A DNA stretch of 64,000 nucleotides, taken from an uncultured bacterium (GTDB lineage: Bacteria > Patescibacteriota > Saccharimonadia > UBA4664). Position numbers and translations under genes: made by a program. Location: contig CAVUEQ010000003.1 in NCBI GenBank assembly GCA_963740635.1, positions 161,350 through 225,349 on the forward strand. The letters run 5' to 3'. The stretch's first letter is position 1, and the number at the start of each line of letters is the position of its first letter. This document shows positions 7,236 to 15,607 of the stretch, piece after piece. Below the pieces are notes generated by a model. The model was not told where the DNA came from and did no database searches. It was given only the letters and a program-made list of their open reading frames with translations.

Positions 7236-7901
7236 CTACCGGAGTTTGCCGTCGGAGATGGTGAGGGTGAGGTCGGTTTGGCGGGCGATTTCCAAATCGT
7301 GAGTGACCGCCACGATGGTGGTTTTTTCTTTGCGCGCGAGCTGGTGGAGGAGGTTGACGATGAGTTTGCCGGTGGCGGAATCGAGGTTACCGGTGGGCTC
7401 GTCGGCCAGGATTACTTTGGGCTTGTTGGCCAGCGCCCGGGCGATGGCCACGCGCTGCTGCTCACCACCGGACAGGCGGCTGGGCTTGCGGCCGTGTTTG
7501 TCGTCGCTGAGGCCGACTTGGCGCAGCAGGGCGGCCGCGCGTTGCCGGCGATGGGCGCGGGAGAGGCCGGCGAACTCCATCGGCAGCATGACGTTTTCGA
7601 GCGCCGACAGGTTGGGGATGAGGTTGTAGCTTTGGAACACGAAGCCGATCTGGTCGCGGCGGTATTTGATGAGGGCCATGTCGCCCAGGCGGGTGATGTC
7701 CTGGTCCCCCACTTTGATTTCGCCGGAGCTGGGCTTGTCGAGCGCGCCCATGAGCGAGAGCAGGGTGCTTTTGCCCGAGCCGCTTTTGCCGACAATGGCG
7801 GCGAACTGGCCGTCCGGGACCTGGAAGCTGACGTTATCGACGGCTACGACTTTGCCGCCGCCGGAGTTGAATTCTTTGCGCACATTTTTCAGGGTTAGCA
7901 T
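7236..7901 (-). CDS. ABC transporter ATP-binding protein (MacB/LolD-like)
   Basis: Walker [10 protein letters not shown], signature LSGGEQQR, Walker B ILADEPT. Confidence 0.95.
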   Translation of the reverse strand: MLTLKNVRKEFNSGGGKVVAVDNVSFQVPDGQFAAIVGKSGSGKSTLLSLMGALDKPSSGEIKVGDQDITRLGDMALIKYRRDQIGFVFQSYNLIPNLSALENVMLPMEFAGLSRAHRRQRAAALLRQVGLSDDKHGRKPSRLSGGEQQRVAIARALANKPKVILADEPTGNLDSATGKLIVNLLHQLARKEKTTIVAVTHDLEIARQTDLTLTISDGKLR

Positions 7902-7903
7902 GT

Positions 7904-9328
7904 TTATTCTCCTCTCATCACTTCTGCCGGGCGGACCTTGGCGATTAAGAACGCGGGGATGGCGCTGCCGAGGATGGCAATGCCGACGCCGGCGCCGAGG
8001 CCTTTGAGCAGGAGGTCGGCGCCGATGGTGGTTTGGACCGACTTGAGCAGGTCGGCGGCCGACTGGGTGCTCTGGCCGATTGACCGGAAGAAGCCGCGGC
8101 CGCCCCCGAAGGCCCGGCCGGATCCGCCGCCCCCGAAGCCGCCCTGGCCGCTGCCGGAGCTGGCGGTGGGCGCGTTGGCCGCGACGAGGGCGCCCGTGAT
8201 CGGGTTTGAAGTGGCCGCGGCCAGCGCGATGCCAACCACGGCCCCGCAGAGGGTGAGCACGAGCGCCTCAGTCACAAACAGGCCCACCACGCGCACGTTC
8301 GACGAGCCGATGGCCTTGAGCACGCCGATTTCGCGGCGGCGCTCGCGCACGATCATGATCATCACCAGGAAGGTAATGACCGACGCGGCGATGAGGGTGG
8401 CGGTTTCACCGATGAGCGCGATTTGCTGAATGTTGCCGAGCGCGGTGATGGCGTCGGTGGTGTTTTGGGCGGGCGAGCTGATGTCGACCTTGTCGGCGCC
8501 GAGGGCGCTGGTGATGGCGGTTTTGACGCTGTCGAGGCTGTCGATGGAGTCGGCTTTCACGAAAATGTTACTCACTTCGCCCGCCTGGCCGCCGAGGCGC
8601 TGGGCAGTAGCCAGCGGCACAAAGACGGCCGCGTTGGCAAACTCTGTGCCGCCGTCAAAAATCCCGACGACCTTGAAGGTGGTGCTGTATCCGGTGAAGG
8701 TTGAGCCCACTTTGAGGTTGTTTTTGGTGGCAATGCCTTGGCCCACCACCGCCTCGGCGACGTCGGCGGCGCTGTAGCTGGCCGTGCCCGAGGTGACCTT
8801 GAGGGCGTTGCCCTCCTGGTCCACGCCGCCGGCCGTGCCGGTGAGGTTCACGGGCAGCTTGAAGTCCGGGACGGGGGCCGCGGCACCGCCACTGGTGCTG
8901 GTGCCCGCGCTGCCGCTGTCGGCGCCGGCGTTGCGGCGGCCGAGCGTGCCGGGATCAATGGGCGAATCGAGCGATACGTGCGATACCGGGGCCTGGAAAT
9001 CGCCGCGAGCCCCGAAGGACGCCCGTGTGGGGCCGCCGACCTGCAGGCTGGCCGTGGCCGAGCTCACGTTGGCGAGCGCTTTGACCTTGTCCAGGTCGGC
9101 CGTGGTGAGCGGCTCGCCCCCGCCCTGGCCGCCAAACTGGCCGGCCGGCCGCAGCGTCAGCGTGGTGGCGGCGCTTTTCTTGAGGTCGACGATTTTGGCC
9201 TTTACGGCCTGGTTGGCCAGCATCAGTGACAATGCGAGCGCGGTACTGATACCCAGCAGCGCGATGACGGAGGCAGTCCTGATGCCGTTGCGAAACGCGT
9301 TGCGGGCCCCCCGGACAACGGTACTCAT
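7904..9328 (-). CDS. ABC transporter permease, MacB periplasmic domain plus FtsX
   Basis: N-terminal TM, a large extracytoplasmic domain, and a C-terminal FtsX-like 3-TM bundle. SD AAGGAG. Confidence 0.9.
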   Translation of the reverse strand: MSTVVRGARNAFRNGIRTASVIALLGISTALALSLMLANQAVKAKIVDLKKSAATTLTLRPAGQFGGQGGGEPLTTADLDKVKALANVSSATASLQVGGPTRASFGARGDFQAPVSHVSLDSPIDPGTLGRRNAGADSGSAGTSTSGGAAAPVPDFKLPVNLTGTAGGVDQEGNALKVTSGTASYSAADVAEAVVGQGIATKNNLKVGSTFTGYSTTFKVVGIFDGGTEFANAAVFVPLATAQRLGGQAGEVSNIFVKADSIDSLDSVKTAITSALGADKVDISSPAQNTTDAITALGNIQQIALIGETATLIAASVITFLVMIMIVRERRREIGVLKAIGSSNVRVVGLFVTEALVLTLCGAVVGIALAAATSNPITGALVAANAPTASSGSGQGGFGGGGSGRAFGGGRGFFRSIGQSTQSAADLLKSVQTTIGADLLLKGLGAGVGIAILGSAIPAFLIAKVRPAEVMRGE

Positions 9329-9404
9329 AAATTACTCCTTGGTTGAATTGGACTAAACTTAAAGCGCCCGGCTGAGGATTTGCTTAAGCTGCGACAATAT
9401 TTGG

Positions 9405-9995
9405 CTAAGCATCTCGGGGCGGTTCAACGAGCGCCAGGGCCACACCAATTTGCCAGAGCATGAAGGCGGCTATGAGTTTAGTGACGCCGAGGCCGTTATA
9501 GCCGGGGTTATCACCCGAAATTATGTAGCTCATTGCAAACCCAAGAACAGCACCGGCGCCGATAGCTAGCAGCAGCCGCGCGGGGTGGATACGCTTGATT
9601 AATAACCAAAAAGCTGCGGACAGGATGAACGATCCGACCAAGCCGGCTATGGTATAGGACAGGCTGCCAATTTCACTGTCTGAGGCGGTCGAAAATCCGA
9701 AGTGGCTGAGCGCAATTTGTAGCGCGATCCGCCAAGCCACAACTGACGCTACTGCCCATACCAAGACCAACGGGGCCGCCCATTTGCGCCGGCCGCGGTA
9801 CAGCCATAAGCACAGGGCGCCGATGATAATTCCGAAAAAGATACCGGGACCGTAGAGCAGGCCCACGTTAAAAATCAGTTCAAGGTTAAATGTGTCTTTA
9901 CCACTTGGCGGGAGTAAGAAATAGCCCGACAACGCTCCCGAAACTGCGCTCGCAAGCGCGATGTAGGCGACCGATGAGCTGGCCTTTGGCTTCAT
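9405..9995 (-). CDS. Multi-pass membrane protein, hypothetical
   Basis: About 6 hydrophobic helices. ATG is preceded by TACATT-N6. Confidence 0.7.
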   Translation of the reverse strand: MKPKASSSVAYIALASAVSGALSGYFLLPPSGKDTFNLELIFNVGLLYGPGIFFGIIIGALCLWLYRGRRKWAAPLVLVWAVASVVAWRIALQIALSHFGFSTASDSEIGSLSYTIAGLVGSFILSAAFWLLIKRIHPARLLLAIGAGAVLGFAMSYIISGDNPGYNGLGVTKLIAAFMLWQIGVALALVEPPRDA

Positions 9996-10050
9996 GATGC
10001 TAATGTAGCACCGATAGCCTGTACGCGCGATTTATTGCGGAGACGCAGAC

Positions 10051-10160
10051 TGTGGGCGGTGTCTCATTTTGAGAGATAGGATTTTTCTGGAGTGTTTTAC
10101 AGATAGCGAAAGCGCTTTTGGCTAGTCGATGTCCCAATTTGAGACATCTCACTAAGTATG
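10051..10160. repeat. Copy A of a repeated palindrome-bearing intergenic element
   Basis: TGTGGGCGGTGTCTCATTTTGAGAGATAGG ... GATGTCCCAATTTGAGACATC. A related copy lies at 41698..41782. Confidence 0.6.
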
Positions 10161-10214
10161 CGTGCCCGGAAAAATTTGCGGCGCGGCGGCGGACATGCAC
10201 AGGGTTACGCGAGA

Positions 10215-10640
10215 TTAGGTGTACTGCTCTGGCTGGTCCTGCTCATCCCAAATCTCGGTTTGGGCATCCATGAGCAGCCCGGCGACAACTTCATTGGCGT
10301 CCTGAACCGGAAGATGCGGGCTGTCCAACCCGGCAGAATCCACGGCGTCTGCGGCCTCGTTGCGGCGGAAATTGGCTTCGGCAATAGCGGCTCGCAAGAT
10401 TGACCCGACCGATGGTTTGTCCTCGTAAGACTCCAACTGAGCCCGGACGTCTCCAGGGCTGATTTCGACCCCTTCAGCAACACGCTCCAAGCACCATTGG
10501 TAGAGCTTGTGACCAAATTCGCGCTCAGCTTCGGTGAGCTCGCGACGCTCCGTTTGCTCTGCTGCGGGCTCACCTAAACGGCCCGACTCGCCGGCGTTAT
10601 CAAACCCACCAGCATCCGGATTGTCGAATTCGCCTGTCAT
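10215..10640 (-). CDS. Acidic hypothetical protein
   Basis: 141 aa with no recognisable domain. TATAAT-N6-ATG lies directly after the kinase stop. Confidence 0.6.
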   Translation of the reverse strand: MTGEFDNPDAGGFDNAGESGRLGEPAAEQTERRELTEAEREFGHKLYQWCLERVAEGVEISPGDVRAQLESYEDKPSVGSILRAAIAEANFRRNEAADAVDSAGLDSPHLPVQDANEVVAGLLMDAQTEIWDEQDQPEQYT

Positions 10641-10660
10641 GGATTAATTATAGCAGAAAG

Positions 10661-11638
10661 TTAAGATAGCAGAGGCTTTTTGGGAGCGTACTGGGTAGGC
10701 AGTTTGACCTTAAAGGTACTGCCCTCGCCGGGCGTGGATTCGACCGTGATTTCGCCATGGTGCAGGTCGGCGATGCGCTTGGCGATGGACAGGCCGAGAC
10801 CGTAGCCCCCGGGGTGGTTTTTGGAGCGGGAGCGGTCGGCGCGGTAGAAGCGGTCGAAGATGTGCGGGATGTCGGCCGCACTGATGCCGGCGCCGTGGTC
10901 GGCCACGCTCAGGCGCACGGCATTGCCGGCCAGCTCTGAGCGCAGCGTGATGGTGGTGCCTTCGGGGCTGTACTTGATGGCGTTGTCGAGCAGGATGGCC
11001 ACCAGCTCGAGGAGGCTGTCGCGGTCGCCGGCCACGGTTTCGGCGCCGGCGTGACGGTCGATGGTGAGGCGGCGGGCATGTGCGATCTTGTCGAACCGGG
11101 CGGCAGCAGCGGCAAACAGCTCGCGCACCGGCACCCGGCTGACGGCCCGCGGGTCGAGCCCGTTCTCGAAGCGCGCGAGGCGCAGCAGGCCGGCCGACAG
11201 CGCCTCGAGCTTGGCAATCTCTTCGAGGTTGGAGCCGAGGAGTTCGCGGGCCTCGGCGCTGGTGAGCTGCTTCTGGCGCAGGGCCACTTCGATCTCTGCG
11301 CGCATGGCGGTGAGCGGCGTGCGCAGCTCGTGGCTGGCGTCGGCGGTGAAGCGCCCCTGGGCCTCCATGGAGTCCTGGATTGGCCGCAGCGTGCGCCGCG
11401 CCAAGAAATACGCGGCCGCGCCGCCGACCAGCAGCGTGGAGATGTTCAAAACCACCAGGCGCAGCAGGATTTGGCGCGTGTCCGCGTCGAGCTGGTCGTC
11501 GAGGGCCTGCAGAAATTCGGCGCGGCGCGGTTCGAGCCCGCCCGGCAGCGGCAGCCGCTCGATGGCGTTACGCTGGTGGTCGGCGTTGGCGGCCAGCTGG
11601 CTGGTGGATTCGCGGTACAAAGCCACACTAAAAAGCAC
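10661..11638 (-). CDS. Sensor histidine kinase (HisKA + HATPase_c); the N-terminal TM1 is in another frame
   Basis: H-box SHELRTPL plus N/G boxes. The natural ATG at 11702 (TAAcATG after the regulator) is out of frame by one nt. Confidence 0.85.
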   Translation of the reverse strand: MLFSVALYRESTSQLAANADHQRNAIERLPLPGGLEPRRAEFLQALDDQLDADTRQILLRLVVLNISTLLVGGAAAYFLARRTLRPIQDSMEAQGRFTADASHELRTPLTAMRAEIEVALRQKQLTSAEARELLGSNLEEIAKLEALSAGLLRLARFENGLDPRAVSRVPVRELFAAAAARFDKIAHARRLTIDRHAGAETVAGDRDSLLELVAILLDNAIKYSPEGTTITLRSELAGNAVRLSVADHGAGISAADIPHIFDRFYRADRSRSKNHPGGYGLGLSIAKRIADLHHGEITVESTPGEGSTFKVKLPTQYAPKKPLLS

Positions 11639-11703
11639 CGAAAAGGACCAAAATAATGCCCAAGTACCACAGGGTGAGCTTGAAGATGGCTGAGTGGATC
11701 ATG

Positions 11704-12387
11704 TTAATCGCTTGAAGTGGAAAGTTTATAGCCGAAGCCGCGGACGGTGTGAATTAACTCCGGCCCCTTGAACGGCCTCTCTATTTTAGCGCGAAGGTAG
11801 CCGATGTAGACCTCAAGCGTGTTGGGCAAGATGTCGGCGTCGTAGTCCCAGACGTGGCTGATGATGTTGGATTTGGTGAGAATGCGGTTTTGGTTGCGGA
11901 GCAGGTACTCGAGCAGGGCGTATTCGCGCTGGGACAGCTGCACCCGGCGGCCGGCGCGCTTGACCTCGTAGGTCTCGGTGTCGAGGCTGAGGTCGGCCAG
12001 CCGCAGCACGTTGCCGACGGTGTCCTGGGGCCGGCGCAGCAGGGCGCGGATGCGAGCCAACAGCTCTTCGAAAGCAAACGGCTTCACGAGGTAATCGTCG
12101 GCGCCGGAGTTGAGGCCCTCCACGCGGTCGGCGATCTTGTCTTTGGCGGTGAGCATGAGGATAGGGGTGCGGATGCCCTCGGCGCGGACCTGACGGCAGA
12201 TCTCGGCGCCGTCGTGGCCGCCGGGCAGCATGCGGTCGAGCACTATCACGTCGTACTCGTCGGTGAGGGCGTTGCTCAGGCCGTCGTCGCCGTCAAACAC
12301 AGCGTCAACCGCGTACGATTCCTGCTCCAGCCCGCGCTTAATGGCACCGGCGATTTTGTGCTCGTCTTCGACAACTAGGACTCTCAT
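11704..12387 (-). CDS. OmpR-family response regulator
   Basis: MRVLVVEDE receiver domain plus a winged-helix C-terminus (TVRGFGYKL). TATTAT-N6-ATG. Confidence 0.95.
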   Translation of the reverse strand: MRVLVVEDEHKIAGAIKRGLEQESYAVDAVFDGDDGLSNALTDEYDVIVLDRMLPGGHDGAEICRQVRAEGIRTPILMLTAKDKIADRVEGLNSGADDYLVKPFAFEELLARIRALLRRPQDTVGNVLRLADLSLDTETYEVKRAGRRVQLSQREYALLEYLLRNQNRILTKSNIISHVWDYDADILPNTLEVYIGYLRAKIERPFKGPELIHTVRGFGYKLSTSSD

Positions 12388-12436
12388 GGCCGCATAATAC
12401 TCTGAATGGGCTGAGAATGCGCTGAAGGGGAAGGGC

Positions 12437-12832
12437 TTACGAATGGGAGTCCATGACGGCCAGCCCGCCAAGGCGCGAGGCTAATATTTTGCTGTCCGAT
12501 GTTATCAGCACCAGGCGCTCGGTAAGGGCTTGGGAGACCAGGAGTTGGTCGAATGGGTCTGATATCTGGCCATAATCGAGCCGGCGAAGGGTCCGGAGGT
12601 GACGTTCAGACAGATCGAACTGGCGTAGGCGCATCGCTGCAAGCAGGTCGAAAATGTCCCCGGGGAGCTCCAGCTTGCCAAGTCTGAGCTTGAGGACAAC
12701 CTCCCATAGCGAAACGATGGACAGGGCGCATTCATCTAATTGCTGCTCCATAAGCTGGATGACAGACGGGTTGAGCCTGGGGTCGGCTGTCACAAACCAT
12801 AGAAAGACGTTGGTATCGAGCAGAAAGGTCAT
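12437..12832 (-). CDS. vapC: PIN-domain toxin VapC
   Basis: MTFLLDTNVFLW and a conserved acidic pattern. 4-nt overlap with the antitoxin. Confidence 0.9.
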   Translation of the reverse strand: MTFLLDTNVFLWFVTADPRLNPSVIQLMEQQLDECALSIVSLWEVVLKLRLGKLELPGDIFDLLAAMRLRQFDLSERHLRTLRRLDYGQISDPFDQLLVSQALTERLVLITSDSKILASRLGGLAVMDSHS

Positions 12833-13074
12833 TGCTCAATGCGACGCTTAACGGCCTGGGCAATCTCCGCGTCGGCCTGGTCATAGTCTGGAGCATATTT
12901 CACCTGATCGCGCCAAACGCCGAAAAAAGTTGCGGGTTTGGGGGCGGGTTTAATGGCTTTCAGCTCAACAGCCGGCTTGCCATGGCTACCAATTACCACC
13001 GTTTCCCCTTGCAGGGCCTGGGATACAAGCTTGCTAAACTGCGTTTTCGCCTCATAAATCGTGTAAGTCTTCAT
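12829..13074 (-). CDS. Phd/YefM-family antitoxin
   Basis: MKTYTIYEAKTQFSKLV is a typical Phd N-terminus. Start at ATG 13074. Confidence 0.85.
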   Translation of the reverse strand: MKTYTIYEAKTQFSKLVSQALQGETVVIGSHGKPAVELKAIKPAPKPATFFGVWRDQVKYAPDYDQADAEIAQAVKRRIEQ

Positions 13075-13081
13075 GCCCGTT

Positions 13082-13117
13082 ATTATATCTGGACGATCTA
13101 AGTTGGTCAATGACCAA
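13082..13117 (-). promoter_or_regulatory. Consensus promoter with a palindromic operator for phd-vapC
   Basis: TTGACC-17-TATAAT-N7-ATG. A perfect TTGGTCA-A-TGACCAA palindrome (13103..13117) covers the -35. Confidence 0.65.
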
Positions 13118-13179
13118 GTTTTAGACCAAATGGCTGTAGAGCAGGTCGTAAAATCCTCAAAATCGCTATAATAGCAGCA

Positions 13180-14022
13180 ATGGATGGACACGATGTAGAC
13201 ATATACCGGCGGCTGCTGCGTGAGTCCCCTGCTCTGGTGGTGATGATGCGCGGGCGGGAGGGCCGCGTGGAGCTGGTGAGCGATATGGCCCAGAGTTACC
13301 GGCCGTGGGCAACGCTACCGGGTAAGACGATGCGCCAGGCATGGCCGTTTTTGAAGGGCACGGGCTACTTCGAGATGTACGAGCGCGTGTTCGACACGGG
13401 TGAGCCCATGCGATTAGACGAGGCTATGGTGACGAGCGATCGCGGGCAGCGCGGCAAGCCTCGACCGTCATGGTTTAACATTAATTTTCAGCCGTACCGG
13501 GACGGCGAAGGTAAGGTATTGGGCGTGCTGCTGTACGGCGTGGACGTGACCGAGGCTGTGCTCAGCCGCCGGGCGCTGGAGGAGAGCCGGAAGCGGCTGG
13601 AGTTGGCTCAGGAGGCCGGCGGGATCGGTGTGTATGAGTGGGTAATCGAGACCGGTGAGGTGATATGGTCGCCCGAAGTGTCGGAGCAGTTTGGCATTCA
13701 GCACGGGACGTTCGAGGGCACGTACGAGGGCTGGACCAAGCGCGTGCACCCCGAGGATGTGGCGAACGCCGAGAGCTGGGTGCGCCGGGCAGTGGAGGAG
13801 CGCGAGCTGATGAACATGGAGATAAGAATTATCCGCCCGGACGGCAGTGTGCGGTGGCAGCTGGCGCGGGCGCGGGTGCTTGTGGACGAGCAGGATCGGC
13901 CGCGCAAGTTCATAGGGATGGTCATCGATATCACCGACCGAAAACTGCTGGAGGAGCGGCTGAAGGACGCCAACGAGCGGATTACTAAGATATTGGGCGA
14001 CATTTTGGACGGCCGGGCTTAG
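13180..14022 (+). CDS. Tandem PAS/PAC domain protein without an output domain
   Basis: Two PAS-like modules (...GVDVTE..., ...MVIDITDRK). TATAAT-N7-ATG. Confidence 0.85.
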   Translation: MDGHDVDIYRRLLRESPALVVMMRGREGRVELVSDMAQSYRPWATLPGKTMRQAWPFLKGTGYFEMYERVFDTGEPMRLDEAMVTSDRGQRGKPRPSWFNINFQPYRDGEGKVLGVLLYGVDVTEAVLSRRALEESRKRLELAQEAGGIGVYEWVIETGEVIWSPEVSEQFGIQHGTFEGTYEGWTKRVHPEDVANAESWVRRAVEERELMNMEIRIIRPDGSVRWQLARARVLVDEQDRPRKFIGMVIDITDRKLLEERLKDANERITKILGDILDGRA

Positions 14023-14159
14023 CCGAAGAAGTTTTGCGCTATCCGGTAGCCAACTGTCAAAGCGGGCAAGTATGTGAACGGTAAATCGTAACATTGATTT
14101 AGACGCCGGCACGGAGCAAAGTTGATGCTGGAATTAATCGTGTGGAAAGGGATAGTGCG

Positions 14160-14582
14160 ATGGCGAAGATGAATCCGGTGGTGCATTTCGAGATGGGGTA
14201 CAAGGACCGGGAGCGGATGAAGAAGTTTTATGAGACATGTTTCGGCTGGAAGATGCAGCAGATGGGCGCGGAGATGGGTCAGTACGTGGTGGCGCAGACC
14301 ACCAAGACCGACGCCGACGGGATGGTGCAGACGAAGGGCGCGATTAACGGCGGGTTTTACGAGAAGACCGACAATCCGCTGAGCCAGGCGCCGTCGGTGG
14401 TGGTGTCGGTGGATGATGTGAAGGCGGCAATGAAGGCCGTGGAAGCAGCCGGCGGAGAGATCCTGGGGGGCATGAATGAGAAGGGCGAGCACACGATGGA
14501 GCCGACGATGATCCCGGGAGTGGGGCTGTGGATCTCGGCCCGGGACACCGAGGGGAACCGTTTTTCGATATTGCAGCCGTAG
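14160..14582 (+). CDS. VOC (glyoxalase/bleomycin-resistance fold) family protein
   Basis: MNPVVHFEM...FYETCFGW pattern. SD AAAGGGA before ATG 14160. Confidence 0.8.
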   Translation: MAKMNPVVHFEMGYKDRERMKKFYETCFGWKMQQMGAEMGQYVVAQTTKTDADGMVQTKGAINGGFYEKTDNPLSQAPSVVVSVDDVKAAMKAVEAAGGEILGGMNEKGEHTMEPTMIPGVGLWISARDTEGNRFSILQP

Positions 14583-14592
14583 GGTTCGGGCC

Positions 14593-14862
14593 ATGAAGAA
14601 GTGGTCACAGAAGGTTACGGAAGGGAGCGATGCGCTTGATCTGGAAGAGGGCGTGTTTACTTGGAATGACCCGAGGCGGATTGCCGAATCGCTCAAGCGG
14701 TCGGCAGATGTGAGCGAGCGACGCAAGGGGACGCCGTACCAGTCGGCGATGTCGATGCTGAATTTCTACATTAACCGGGCGGGGCATACTCTGCCGGACG
14801 AGCACAGGCGCACGCTCGAGGCGGCCAAAGTGGAGCTGCGGCGGGCGTTTGGCCGGGGGTGA
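14593..14862 (+). CDS. DUF3175-like protein
   Basis: KGTPYQSAMSMLNFYINRAG is the signature I associate with DUF3175. Confidence 0.7.
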   Translation: MKKWSQKVTEGSDALDLEEGVFTWNDPRRIAESLKRSADVSERRKGTPYQSAMSMLNFYINRAGHTLPDEHRRTLEAAKVELRRAFGRG

Positions 14863-14981
14863 CGGCTACTGCCCAGGAGCCATCCAGCTATTACGGCTCA
14901 ATATCCGGGCTAAGACTCGCTCGGAGGGAGTCGAGTTCGGTATTTGTATGGTATAATAACCTTCTACAGATAGGGGAGAAT

Positions 14982-15581
14982 ATGCCAAACCGGCGCCGGC
15001 GCTTTATTGATGGCAACTATTACCACGTGTTTGGGCGCGGCAACCACAAGGACGTGGTGTTTCGGGAGGCGCCCGACCGCGTGCAGTTCTTAAATAAACT
15101 CGAGAGCTACTGCGACCGGGATGAGCAATCGATAATCGCGTACTGCCTCATGGACAACCACTACCATCTGCTGCTGCGACAGGACGGCGAGCGGCCATTG
15201 TCGCGCACTATGCGGTCACTGCTGCAGGGTTACGCCCAGTATTACAACCGCAAATACGGCACCGTGGGCTCATTGTTTCAGGGGCGGTTCGGCTCGGTGC
15301 TGGTTGACCACCCGCAGCACAATCCGCGGCGCTTGGCCGGCCTCACGCGCTACATCCATCGCAATCCCCTGCCCTTTGCGGACTTTACGAAGTACCAATG
15401 GTCGAGTTACCGCCAGTATGCGACGGGTACGGCCGGGGTGTGCGATACTCAGACGGTGCTCGAGCTCTTCCCCATAAAGGGTAGTTACACCACATTTTGC
15501 GAAAACTATGCTCCCTCCGAGCGAGCCGAGAAGCCGAAAAATTATCGTGTAATAGCCGGCCGGCGCTTGGCCAATGATTGA
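14982..15581 (+). CDS. IS200-like / REP-associated Y1 (HUH) transposase
   Basis: HUH motif NHYHLLL and the catalytic Tyr region RYIHRNPL. TATAAT and SD GGGGAGA lie upstream. Confidence 0.8.
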   Translation: MPNRRRRFIDGNYYHVFGRGNHKDVVFREAPDRVQFLNKLESYCDRDEQSIIAYCLMDNHYHLLLRQDGERPLSRTMRSLLQGYAQYYNRKYGTVGSLFQGRFGSVLVDHPQHNPRRLAGLTRYIHRNPLPFADFTKYQWSSYRQYATGTAGVCDTQTVLELFPIKGSYTTFCENYAPSERAEKPKNYRVIAGRRLAND

Positions 15582-15607
15582 CTGGCAGTATAGCGCCCCG
15601 ATGGAGC

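Noticed and set aside
10000-10403. ORFs 10000..10200 (-) and 10158..10403 (+)
   Set aside because: No SD or leaderless promoter geometry. Arg/Cys-rich odd composition. One overlaps the better-supported 10215..10640 gene in antisense. The region is better explained as the repeated non-coding element.
14019-14726. 235-aa minus-strand ORF
   Set aside because: It is antisense to two recognisable plus-strand genes (VOC family, DUF3175) and its composition is His/Arg-rich nonsense.
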